Source of the DNA: an uncultured Gemmatimonadales bacterium
GTDB taxonomy: Bacteria > Gemmatimonadota > Gemmatimonadetes > Gemmatimonadales > GWC2-71-9
Direction: 5' to 3'
DNA length: 64,000 nt
NCBI GenBank assembly: GCA_963795085.1
Contig: CAWCFX010000001.1
Span: forward strand, 992,001 to 1,056,000
The notes under the pieces were generated by a model. It made no database searches, had not been told where the DNA came from, and worked only from the letters and a program-made list of their open reading frames with translations. The stretch's first letter is position 1; every line of letters starts with the position of its first letter. This document shows positions 1-8,590 of this stretch, piece by piece. Made by a program: the position numbers and the translations under genes.

Positions 1-2
1 CT

Positions 3-212
3 GAGACCGATGCCTCGGGCCAGCCGACCCTGGGCCTGCCCCAGGAGGAGGGCTTTGGCCGCCTCCTGCAGGGCACCCTGGAGTCGAGCAACGTGGAGAT
101 CGTGCAGGAAATGACCGACATGATCGCGGCCCAGCGCGCCTACGAGATCAACGCCAAGGCCATCCGGGCCGGCGAAGAGATGGCGCAGGCGGTCCATGAT
201 CTCATTCGCTAG
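3..212 (+). CDS. flgG: Flagellar basal-body rod protein FlgG, C-terminal fragment (truncated by window edge)
   Basis: Manual translation ...GFGRLLQGTLESSNVEIVQEMTDMIAAQRAYEINAKAIRAGEEM...* is the rod/hook C-terminal motif; lies directly before flgA. Confidence 0.9.
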   Translation, partial: ETDASGQPTLGLPQEEGFGRLLQGTLESSNVEIVQEMTDMIAAQRAYEINAKAIRAGEEMAQAVHDLIR

Positions 213-858
213 CCTGCTGCTGCTGTCGCTGGCGGCGGCCCCGCTCTGGGGCCAGGCCACCACCGACGCGGTGGAGCGGCGGGTCCGCGCCGAGCTGGCC
301 GAGCGGTGGCGGGTGGCGCCGGACCAGGTGCGCCTCGAGTGGGGGCGATGGCCCGACGAGCGCCTGGCGGACGACGTGCCGTTCCGGGTGCAGGGGCAGG
401 GAAGCGACGGGCGTTTCGTGCTGGTGTTGCGGCCCGATTCCGCGCCGCGCGCGGTGCCGCTCCGCGCCGGCATTGCCGACAGCGGCTGGGTGGCTGCCCG
501 CCCGCTCACCCGGGGAACCCGGATCGGGTTCGACGACGTGCGTACGGTCGAATCGGTGCGCTGGGGGGCCGCGGCGTCTGAGACCGGCTCACCGATGGGA
601 TGGGAAGTGCAGCGCCCGCTGGCCGAGGGCCAGCCGCTGAAAGCCCCGGCGGTCGCGCCCCCGGCCGTCATCGAGGCGGGCGACCCCGTGCGGATGACCT
701 GGCGGCAGGGCACCGTGGCCCTGCAGGTCATGGGCGTGGCGATGAACCGCGCGCGCCTGGGAGAACGGGTTCGGGTCAAGGTCGAAGGACGCACCGGGCG
801 GCTGTCGGGGACCGCCAACGGTCCCGGCACCGCCACACTGGGAGGAGATGATTCGTGA
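196..858 (+). CDS. flgA: Flagellar P-ring chaperone FlgA
   Basis: Signal peptide, SAF-like region (VAARPLTRG...), C-terminal GVAMNRARLGERVRVK; between flgG and flgH. Confidence 0.85.
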   Translation: MISFASLLLLSLAAAPLWGQATTDAVERRVRAELAERWRVAPDQVRLEWGRWPDERLADDVPFRVQGQGSDGRFVLVLRPDSAPRAVPLRAGIADSGWVAARPLTRGTRIGFDDVRTVESVRWGAAASETGSPMGWEVQRPLAEGQPLKAPAVAPPAVIEAGDPVRMTWRQGTVALQVMGVAMNRARLGERVRVKVEGRTGRLSGTANGPGTATLGGDDS

Positions 859-1463
859 GAACTGTTTCTGTGGTCACTTTGCTGGCGCTGGCCGCCGGCT
901 CCGCCGCGGCCCAGCAGGCCGCCGACAGTACCGCCGCGGCCCGGCCCGCCCAGCTGGCGGTGCGCCGCGCCTCCTGGACTTCCGACCGGATGCCGATGGC
1001 GGTGGGCGACATCATTACCATCGTCGTTGATGAGCAGACCGCCGCCCGGGAACGGGTCTCAACCGTGGCCACCGGGCAGCGGAGTCAGAATGCCGGGCTC
1101 AACGCCACCGTCGCCGAGGGCGTCCGGCTGGGACCGGCCAAGGGGTTCGGCACCACGCTCCAGGGGAACTCCCGGGACGAGGGTGAAGCCAACCGCCGCG
1201 GCGACCTGACCGCGGTGCTCAGCGTCCGGGTCACCGAGATCGAACCCAACGGCGTCGCCCACATCAGCGGATCCAAGAAAGTCATCGTCGACGGCCGGGA
1301 ACAGCAGGTGGAACTCCAGGGCCTGGTACGGCCCGAGGACGTGACCTCCGCCAACCTGGTGGCGTCCAGCCGGATTGCCGACGCCGTCATCACCTATCGC
1401 GGCAAGAAGATCGGGCCGCGGGCCGGCATCCTCGGCCGCATCCTTTCCATACTCTGGCCATGA
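855..1463 (+). CDS. flgH: Flagellar L-ring protein FlgH
   Basis: VGDIITIVVDE, VTEIEPNG, LQGLVRPEDV..NLVASSRIADA motifs. Confidence 0.92.
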   Translation: MRTVSVVTLLALAAGSAAAQQAADSTAAARPAQLAVRRASWTSDRMPMAVGDIITIVVDEQTAARERVSTVATGQRSQNAGLNATVAEGVRLGPAKGFGTTLQGNSRDEGEANRRGDLTAVLSVRVTEIEPNGVAHISGSKKVIVDGREQQVELQGLVRPEDVTSANLVASSRIADAVITYRGKKIGPRAGILGRILSILWP

Positions 1464-2509
1464 ACAATCTTCGCGAAGCTTTGCTCGCCGCCGTCGCCGT
1501 CCTGGCGCTGGCGGCGCCCCTCGCCGGCCAGGGCCAGGCCCGGATCAGCGATCTCACGATTCACCAGGGGGAAGTGCCCCGGCGCATCGTCGGCTATGGA
1601 CTGGTGGTGGGCCTCGACGGTACCGGCGACCGCAGCTTCGGCACCAACGCCGGCGCGGTGGCGACCGTCCGCTCGGTGGTCAACCTGCTGCGCCGGTTCA
1701 ATGTCGAGGTGCCCGCCGAGCGGCTCCGGCTGCGCGACGTGGCTGCGGTGCTGGTGACGGCGGAGGTCTCGCCCTATCTCCGGGCCGGCGGGAAGTTCGA
1801 AGTCCAGGTTGCCGCGCTGGGCGATGCGACCTCGCTCCGCGGCGGCATGCTGTGGATCACCCCGATGGTGACGGACCCGGGGGCGCCCCCGGTGGGCACC
1901 GCCCAGGGCATCCTGATTACCGCGGACCAGGCGGGACGGGGCGGCTACGGCTCACGGACCAACTCCGGCCGGATTCCCGATGGCGGGGTGATTGAAGTGG
2001 AACCCCCCGCCCAGGAACTGCAGCCCCACCTGGTCCTCAAGTCGCCCAGCCTGGCCACCGCCCGCAACATCGCGGAGGCGATCAATACCTCGCTGGGGGG
2101 CGGTATCGCCAAGGTGACCGATGCCGGCCTGGTGACGCTGACGCCCGCGACGGCCTGGGGCGATACCGCCAGCCTGGTGCTCGCCGCGATCGACACGCTG
2201 CCGGTGAGTTTCCGGCTGCCCGCCCGGGTCATCATCAATGCCCGCGAAGGCACCGTGGTGGCCGGCGGCGAGGTGACCGTGGGCAACGCGGTGGTCAGCC
2301 ACCGCGGCATCACCCTGCAGATCGGGGGGAGCGCGCCGGCCGACAGCACCCGGCCCGGCGATACCTATCTCCGGGTGGAGCCCCGGGCCAGCGTCCAGGA
2401 CATCGCCGGCGGTCTCCGGGTGATCGGGGCGCGTTCGGACGAGATCGCCGCCATTTTCGAGGCGCTGCGCGCCGCCGGCTCGCTCACCGCCGAGGTTGTG
2501 ATCCGGTGA
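1460..2509 (+). CDS. flgI: Flagellar P-ring protein FlgI
   Basis: GYGLVVGLDGTGD, GDATSLRGGML, ARVIINAREGTVV motifs. Confidence 0.95.
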   Translation: MNNLREALLAAVAVLALAAPLAGQGQARISDLTIHQGEVPRRIVGYGLVVGLDGTGDRSFGTNAGAVATVRSVVNLLRRFNVEVPAERLRLRDVAAVLVTAEVSPYLRAGGKFEVQVAALGDATSLRGGMLWITPMVTDPGAPPVGTAQGILITADQAGRGGYGSRTNSGRIPDGGVIEVEPPAQELQPHLVLKSPSLATARNIAEAINTSLGGGIAKVTDAGLVTLTPATAWGDTASLVLAAIDTLPVSFRLPARVIINAREGTVVAGGEVTVGNAVVSHRGITLQIGGSAPADSTRPGDTYLRVEPRASVQDIAGGLRVIGARSDEIAAIFEALRAAGSLTAEVVIR

Positions 2510-2817
2510 CTATTCCCTCCGGGCTGACCGGTATCGCCGCGCCGCCCCGCGACCCGGGGCAGCAGCTCCGCCGCATGGCCGACGAGCTCGAAGCCGTGTT
2601 TCTCAACCAGCTGTTCCAGGTGATGCGGGCCAGTGTGCCCGAGGGCGAGGCCGCCAACCCGGGAGAGCAGATGTTTACCGCCATGCTGGACGAAAAGATG
2701 GCCAGCGAAGCCGCCCGGCGCGCCCAGCGCGGACTGGGCGAAGCGGTCTTCCGCCAACTGAGCCGGCGCCTGCCGCCGGCCGACCCGCCGGCTCCGGCGC
2801 CCGGGAACCTTCCATGA
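2506..2817 (+). CDS. flgJ: FlgJ-like rod-binding protein (N-terminal domain only, no muramidase)
   Basis: ELEAVFLNQLFQVMRASVP...FTAMLDEKMA...GLGEAVFRQL rod-binding pattern; follows flgI. Confidence 0.75.
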   Translation: MTIPSGLTGIAAPPRDPGQQLRRMADELEAVFLNQLFQVMRASVPEGEAANPGEQMFTAMLDEKMASEAARRAQRGLGEAVFRQLSRRLPPADPPAPAPGNLP

Positions 2818-3347
2818 TGCCCGCACGAAATCACGAATCCATGCCCAGCGACGCGGCCGCCCGCGGCTTGGGGCTGCTGGCCCGCGCGCTCGACGCCGAG
2901 ACGCGCCAGATCATCGACCTGCGGAACAACCTGGCGGCGCAGCGGGACGCGGTGTCCCGGGAGGACGGCGAACGGCTGACCGGCACGGTCCACCAGATCC
3001 AGCGCATCCTGCTCGGACTCGACGAATCCCGCCGGGCCCGGGGCGACCTGATGGAAACGCTCACCGGCGGACGGGATATCGCGCTCGACGAACTGGAAAC
3101 CCGCACCGGGCTCCCGCTCTCCGCGGAACTGATCACCGCCCGCGCTCGGCTGGGCCGCGAAGCCCGGGAGGCCGCCCTGGAAGCCGCGATCAACCGCGAG
3201 GTCCTCGAGCGGGTCATGCAGACCAGCGAAGCCTTCCTGCAGCGGCTGTTCACGACGGTGGCCGGCGAGACCCCGGTGTACCACGCCACGGCCGACGAGT
3301 CGCCGGCCGCCGCCGGGTCCGGCCTCCTGCTCAACCGGACGGTGTAA
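2814..3347 (+). CDS. FlgN-like flagellar export chaperone
   Basis: Helical protein with AINREVL...Y...LLNRTV ending, directly before flgK. Confidence 0.6.
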   Translation: MMPARNHESMPSDAAARGLGLLARALDAETRQIIDLRNNLAAQRDAVSREDGERLTGTVHQIQRILLGLDESRRARGDLMETLTGGRDIALDELETRTGLPLSAELITARARLGREAREAALEAAINREVLERVMQTSEAFLQRLFTTVAGETPVYHATADESPAAAGSGLLLNRTV

Positions 3348-3348
3348 C

Positions 3349-4710
3349 ATGTCCCTCGTCAGCATGCTCAGTATTGCCCGCTCCGCCATGCTGGTCCACC
3401 AGCGCGCCATGGCGGTGACCGCCAACAACGTCGCCAATGCCCAGACGCCCGGCTACAGCCGCCAGCGGCTCAACCTGGCCTCGGCCTCGCCGTTCCTCTC
3501 GCCCCAGGGCCCGCTGGGCCGCGGGGTCAGCGACGGCGGCGTCACCCGGGCGCGGAGCGAGTTCTTCGACAGCGCCTACCGGCGAGATAACGGCCTGCTC
3601 TTCTCGTCGTCCACCCTGGGCGATTTCCTGGGCCAGGTGGAAGCGGCGGTGCACGAGCCCTCCGACTTCGGGATCGCGGCCGGCATGGACGGGTTCTTCG
3701 GCGCCTTTGCCGACCTGGCCAACGCCCCGACCAGCGGTGTCAACCGGACCCTGGTGGTCCAGGGGGCGGTGACCCTGGTGAACCGGCTGCACCAGCTCGA
3801 TGGCGCCCTCACCCAGGCGGGGCAGGATGCCCTGACCCAGATGCGGACCGACCTCGAGCAGGCCAACTCGATTCTCAAACGGATCGCCGACCTCAACAAC
3901 CAGGTGGTGGCCGCCCGGGGCGCCGCGGGATCCGCGCCCGACCTGGAAGACATGCGCGACGCCGCCGTGGACGAACTGAGCGGCCTCGCCGCCGTGCGGG
4001 TGCTGACCCGCCCCGATGGCAGCATCGGCGTCCTCGCCGGCAACGCCCTCGTCGTGGACGGCGCCAACGTGCAGCCGCTGGCGCTCGCCGCGGCGCCGGG
4101 CGGCGGCTTCGTGTTTACCGCGGGGGGCAACCCCATGGACCCCCAGGCCGGCAGCCTCAAGACCCTGAGTGACCTCACCACCACGATTCTTCCCGGAATC
4201 CGGGGCCAGCTGGATGCGCTGGTGAGCGGGCTGGTGAGCGAAGTAAACGCCGTACACCGGGCCGGATATACCGCGACCGGCGCCACCAATACCGATTTCT
4301 TCGACCCGGCCGGGGTGACGGCGGGCAGCATCCAGGTCAGTGCGGCCATCCTCGCCTCGCCCGACGAGATCGCGGCGGGCGGAACCGCGGCTCCGGGCGA
4401 CGGCTCTATCGCGCTCGCCATCGGCGGGATGGCCTCGGCCCCGCTGGCCGCGCTGGGCGGCCGGTCGGCCCGCGACGTGTACACCGAGCTGGCCGGCGCC
4501 GTGGGCGCCGCGGTGCGGGATGCCCAGCAGAACGCGTCCACCCAGCTGGCCCTGACCGAGCGTGCCGATACCATGCGGTCGAGCGTGAGCGGCGTGTCCA
4601 TCGACGAAGAGATGGTCGGCCTGATCGGCCAGCAGCAGGCCTACGCGGCGGCGGCCCACCTGGTGAAGACGGCGAACGACATGATGGAGGAAATCCTGCG
4701 GATGGTCTGA
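3349..4710 (+). CDS. flgK: Hook-associated protein FlgK
   Basis: ANNVANAQTPGYSRQR N-terminus, SVSGVSIDEEM C-terminus. Confidence 0.95.
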   Translation: MSLVSMLSIARSAMLVHQRAMAVTANNVANAQTPGYSRQRLNLASASPFLSPQGPLGRGVSDGGVTRARSEFFDSAYRRDNGLLFSSSTLGDFLGQVEAAVHEPSDFGIAAGMDGFFGAFADLANAPTSGVNRTLVVQGAVTLVNRLHQLDGALTQAGQDALTQMRTDLEQANSILKRIADLNNQVVAARGAAGSAPDLEDMRDAAVDELSGLAAVRVLTRPDGSIGVLAGNALVVDGANVQPLALAAAPGGGFVFTAGGNPMDPQAGSLKTLSDLTTTILPGIRGQLDALVSGLVSEVNAVHRAGYTATGATNTDFFDPAGVTAGSIQVSAAILASPDEIAAGGTAAPGDGSIALAIGGMASAPLAALGGRSARDVYTELAGAVGAAVRDAQQNASTQLALTERADTMRSSVSGVSIDEEMVGLIGQQQAYAAAAHLVKTANDMMEEILRMV

Positions 4711-4715
4711 AGCGG

Positions 4716-5438
4716 TTAGTGCCGTCTGCTCTGCCAGGCCGGGAAGGTGAGGGTGGCCCGGCAGCCCCCTTCGGCGCGGTTGTCCACGATCAGGTCGCCA
4801 CCGGTCTCCCGCACCAGGGATCGCGCGACCAGCAGGCCCAGTCCATGGTGCGGCGCGTCCTTGGTCGTGACGCCGGCCTCGAAGAGCCGGGGCAACACCG
4901 TTCCCGCGATCCCGCCTCCGGCATCCTCGACCCGCAGCCGGACGCTCTGTTCATCGCCATCTGCCCACAACTCGATACGGCCCTCCACGGTGCCCAGGGC
5001 TTCCTTGGCGTTGGTGACCACGACCAGCAGGGCGGTCAGCGCCCGGCCGGGGCTGGTGCGAATCGGGGGGAGGGAGGGCTGTACGGTGGACTGGACCGCG
5101 GTGGTGACCAGCCGGGTCTGCATCCGCTGAAAGCGGGTCACTTCGGCCAGCAACTCCGGAACCAGTTGGGGACCGACGGTCCAGTCGTAGAGCCGGTCGA
5201 ACCCGGCCAGCACCTGCCCCAAGTCGGTCATCAGGTCGGCGACCCAGGTGAGCCGGTCCGGCAATCCCGGGTCCTCCCAGTCGTCGCGGGCCAGGCTCAG
5301 CGTCTGCGCGCCGTTGTTGATCGCATGCTTGACTCCGTACACCATGCTCCGCACCAGGGAGCCCTGCACGGCCTGGAGATACACCGGAGTGAACTGATGG
5401 GGAAGTGCTGGAGCGGCGGGACCATCCGTGGGAGTCAA
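4716..5438 (-). CDS. Histidine kinase core without sensor domain (HisKA-like + HATPase_c); TTG start uncertain
   Basis: H-box-like GVKHAINN, N-box VTNAKEA, G1 EDAGGGI, F-box RLFEAGVTTK, G2 GLGL. Confidence 0.75.
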   Translation of the reverse strand: MTPTDGPAAPALPHQFTPVYLQAVQGSLVRSMVYGVKHAINNGAQTLSLARDDWEDPGLPDRLTWVADLMTDLGQVLAGFDRLYDWTVGPQLVPELLAEVTRFQRMQTRLVTTAVQSTVQPSLPPIRTSPGRALTALLVVVTNAKEALGTVEGRIELWADGDEQSVRLRVEDAGGGIAGTVLPRLFEAGVTTKDAPHHGLGLLVARSLVRETGGDLIVDNRAEGGCRATLTFPAWQSRRH

Positions 5439-5465
5439 GCAGAAACCCTGGTCTGGGGCCAGAGC

Positions 5466-5494
5466 AGTGTACTTAAGGAAGGATCGAAAGGCAA
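5466..5494 (-). promoter_or_regulatory. sigma70-type promoter for the histidine kinase
   Basis: TTGCCT-N17-TACACT on minus strand. Confidence 0.55.
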
Positions 5495-5498
5495 TCCA

Positions 5499-6668
5499 TC
5501 AGGATCCCTCTTGCCGGACCCGCGCCGGCCCCACGATGGGATCGTGGCGGTTGCGGAGCTGCACGGTGTGGATCACTTCCGGGGTCAGCCGGGTTCCGTT
5601 GCCCACCAGCTTGATCCCGGCATCGGTGAAGAGATCGTCGGCCAGCACCATGCCGGCGCGGAGATCGGGGATCGCGACGGTCCGGGAGTGTTGCCGGCCC
5701 GCCGGGCCCGACTCTTCTTCTTCTACCTGGTGCAGGTAGACAAGCGCCATCGGGTCATAGGAGGAGCCGGCGTGGGTGGCCATCTCTTCCAGCGCCTGGG
5801 CCGGGGTCCGGAAGCGGCCGCTCTCCAGGAGCGCTACGTACTCGACGGCGACCCGGAGGATACGGCTCCGTAGCGGTATCTGGCCCTGCAGGAGGTGCTC
5901 AGGGAAGCCGGACCCGTCCCAGTTCTCGTAGATGCTCCCCACCAGGTCGGCCGCCCGTTCCAGCGCCGGGATCTGCCGCAACAGCTGCCGGCTCCGGAGC
6001 GCGTAGTGCCGGCTTTCCGGTCCCCCGTCGCGGCCGCCGTTGCCATGCGCTGGCCCGCCTTCCAGCAACCTGCCCAGCTCGCTCAACTGTGCCGCCAGTT
6101 CCAGGTCCAGCAACAGGGCGTCCGGCACATGGAAGCGGTCGGCCAGCGCCCGGGTAATGTCACCGATGCGCTCGGCCCGTTCGCCGGAGCGCGGAACCCG
6201 GTGTTCGAGCACCGATTTCAGTACTGCCAGGATGCCTTCCAGCTTGATTGTCGCGCTGCGGCGGAGCTGGTCCAGTTCGGCGGCCATCATGGCGTCCCGC
6301 CGCTGAAGCGTTTCCAGATGCAGCAGCGTTTCCACCAGGCGGGCTGCCTCCCCCGGCGATACCGGGGTTCGCAGCAGCGCGCTCACCGCCGGGGGGAGAT
6401 CGGTATCCGGGTCCTCCGGGCCAACGAGGAGGATGATGGCCGGGGACGGGGCCTGGTTCAACTGGCGCTCTACCAGGCGCTCCGGGTTCCAGCTCGCGGC
6501 ATCCTGGATGACCAATGCGGGATCCAGTTGCCGCCAGAGCGGCGCCGCCTCGGCGTCGCTGCCGGCCTGGGTCAGCTGGACGGCATCGACCCCGGCGGCG
6601 ATCGCGCCGAAGAGGTCGGCCAGGGCGGGATCCCCGGAGACCAGCAGGATATGGCGCAGGGGCATCAC
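5499..6668 (-). CDS. Receiver-like domain + degenerate HD-GYP domain protein
   Basis: ENWDGSGFPEHL..GQIPLRSRILRVA...YDP matches the HD-GYP fold; HD motif replaced (LSELGR); N-terminal REC-like segment. Confidence 0.8.
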   Translation of the reverse strand: MMPLRHILLVSGDPALADLFGAIAAGVDAVQLTQAGSDAEAAPLWRQLDPALVIQDAASWNPERLVERQLNQAPSPAIILLVGPEDPDTDLPPAVSALLRTPVSPGEAARLVETLLHLETLQRRDAMMAAELDQLRRSATIKLEGILAVLKSVLEHRVPRSGERAERIGDITRALADRFHVPDALLLDLELAAQLSELGRLLEGGPAHGNGGRDGGPESRHYALRSRQLLRQIPALERAADLVGSIYENWDGSGFPEHLLQGQIPLRSRILRVAVEYVALLESGRFRTPAQALEEMATHAGSSYDPMALVYLHQVEEEESGPAGRQHSRTVAIPDLRAGMVLADDLFTDAGIKLVGNGTRLTPEVIHTVQLRNRHDPIVGPARVRQEGS

Positions 6669-7483
6669 TGGCCCGGCACCCCGGCGCCCAGCGTGGCTCG
6701 CAGCGAATCCCGGCCGGGGCGGTCCAGCATGACCGTAATCGCGATGCGCCGGTTGCGGGGAGACAACGGGTCGGAGGCGTCGCGCAGCTGCCGGTCGGCC
6801 CAGCCGCGGATCTGCGCCACGCGGTACTCCTGCAGTCCGTGGGCGTTGAGAATCCGGCGCGCGGCATTGGCCCGGTCGGCGCTCAACTCCCAGTTGGAAT
6901 AGGGCGCGCCCCGGGTGTAGGGGCGCGCATCGGTATAGCCCTCGATCATGATCCGGTTGTCGAGCGTGGTCAGGTTGGCGCCCAGGAGGGCGAGGAACGC
7001 CGCGCCCCGTTCGCTGGGCCGGGAGCCGCCGGTTTCGAAGAACATGCCGGCCGAGTCCTCCAGCAACTGGATCCGGAGCCCCTCGTCGGTCAGCTCGATC
7101 TCGATGTTGTTGGCCAGCGCTTCGAGGGCGGGCAGCTGCTCCAGCTGTTCCTTCACCTGTTCGCCCAGCTGGATGAGCCGGTTCTGGCGGAGGTCGAGCA
7201 CCTGGGACTGGGTGAGCGGCCGGACCGCGGCCGACTGGGCCCCCTCCCCGGGCAGGATCGAACTGCCGTACTCGTCGGCCCGCCCCAGCGGATCCTGGAA
7301 GTACCCGGCGATGGACGACTTGACGTCGGAGCTCTGGTTGACGAGCCAGAGCACGAGGAACATGGCGAACATCGCCGTCATGAAGTCGGCAAAGGCCACC
7401 TTCCAGGCGCCGCCGTGGTGGGGGTGCGCGCCTTTCTTCTTCCGGACGACGATGCGGACGGGGACTTCGCGGCTCTTGTTCAT
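6665..7483 (-). CDS. motB: Flagellar stator MotB
   Basis: GGAWKVAFADFMTAM, OmpA-like domain with NWELSADRANAAR and NRRI. Confidence 0.96.
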   Translation of the reverse strand: MNKSREVPVRIVVRKKKGAHPHHGGAWKVAFADFMTAMFAMFLVLWLVNQSSDVKSSIAGYFQDPLGRADEYGSSILPGEGAQSAAVRPLTQSQVLDLRQNRLIQLGEQVKEQLEQLPALEALANNIEIELTDEGLRIQLLEDSAGMFFETGGSRPSERGAAFLALLGANLTTLDNRIMIEGYTDARPYTRGAPYSNWELSADRANAARRILNAHGLQEYRVAQIRGWADRQLRDASDPLSPRNRRIAITVMLDRPGRDSLRATLGAGVPGQ

Positions 7484-7484
7484 C

Positions 7485-8357
7485 TCAGGCGGCCTCCGCC
7501 TTTCCCTTCACGCCCTTGCAGGCGCTCTCCATCTCGAGGAAGGTGGGCCGGTCGGCGGCGAAGATCGCTCGCCGGGCAAACTCCACCGAGACGATCGGCG
7601 AGAACCCCTTGGCAAAGGCGACGACGCTGGCCTTGATGAAATGGTAGAACCGGGCCTCGGCGGCGTTCTCGTGCTCCATGCTGACCGAGAGCGGGCTGGC
7701 GAAGCCGTAGGCGAGCAGCACCCCGAGGAACGTGCCGGTGAGCGCAGCCCCGACCTTTTCACCGATCTCCTCGACCGGCCCCGCGATGGCGCTCATGGTG
7801 ACCACGATGCCGAGCACCGCCGCCACGATCCCGATGCCGGGAAGGGAATCGCCCACCTTCTGGAGGGTGGACACCGGGCGGTTCTCCTGCTCGTGGTGCA
7901 CGTCGATCTCGTTCTCCATCAGGGTCTCGAGGTCGTACGCCGGCACGCTCCCCACCAGGACCAGGCGGAGCGAGTCGCAGAGAAAGGTCACCGCGTGGTG
8001 GCGGTGGAGAATCTCGGGGTACTTGTTGAAGATGGTGCTCTTGTCGGGCCCCTCGATGTGGGACTCGATGGCGACCAGGCCGTCCCGCCGGGCGGTCTGG
8101 AACAGCTCGAACAGCATCTTGAGGGCGTCGAGGTAGAGGCCCTTGTTGTAGGGCGAGGACTTCATCAGGCCGATCAGCCGGCTGGTGGTGTCCTTGAGGA
8201 CGGGACCGGGGGTGGAAATGAGCATGGTCCCGAGGGCGGTGCCCCCGATGACCACGAACTCGGAGATATGGAACAATGCCGGAACGTGGCCGCCGGCGAT
8301 GATGAAACCGCCCAGGACGGACCCGATGACGACCACGATGCCGAACAGTGCTATCAT
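7485..8357 (-). CDS. motA: Flagellar stator MotA
   Basis: LPGIGIVAAVLGIV, AALTGTFLGVLLAYG, VEFARR motifs. Confidence 0.96.
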   Translation of the reverse strand: MIALFGIVVVIGSVLGGFIIAGGHVPALFHISEFVVIGGTALGTMLISTPGPVLKDTTSRLIGLMKSSPYNKGLYLDALKMLFELFQTARRDGLVAIESHIEGPDKSTIFNKYPEILHRHHAVTFLCDSLRLVLVGSVPAYDLETLMENEIDVHHEQENRPVSTLQKVGDSLPGIGIVAAVLGIVVTMSAIAGPVEEIGEKVGAALTGTFLGVLLAYGFASPLSVSMEHENAAEARFYHFIKASVVAFAKGFSPIVSVEFARRAIFAADRPTFLEMESACKGVKGKAEAA

Positions 8358-8415
8358 GAAACGCGCTCCCGAGGCGGCTGGTGCAGGCCCCCATGGGGGG
8401 CGCCTTCAGGAGCGA

Positions 8416-8442
8416 GTATCGGACAGGCGGGACGGGGCTTGA
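8416..8442 (-). promoter_or_regulatory. sigma28 (FliA)-type promoter upstream of motA
   Basis: TCAA-N15-TCCGATAC versus consensus TAAA-N15-GCCGATAA. Confidence 0.7.
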
Positions 8443-8553
8443 GAGGGCAAAAGTGCGGATTTTTGTCGAAGAACGCGACAGGCGTCACTTTCTATCCAGT
8501 CCCCTCTCCATTCTTCCCCACCTCCCTCCAGATCCTCCGGGTCGAAGTGCCCG

Positions 8554-8579
8554 AGCCCCCGCCCAGATGGGCGGGGGCT
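8554..8579. terminator. GC-rich hairpin downstream of the frameshifted lipoprotein gene
   Basis: AGCCCCCGCCC-AGAT-GGGCGGGGGCT perfect stem; no clear U-tract. Confidence 0.45.
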
Positions 8580-8590
8580 GCAAGGGACGT

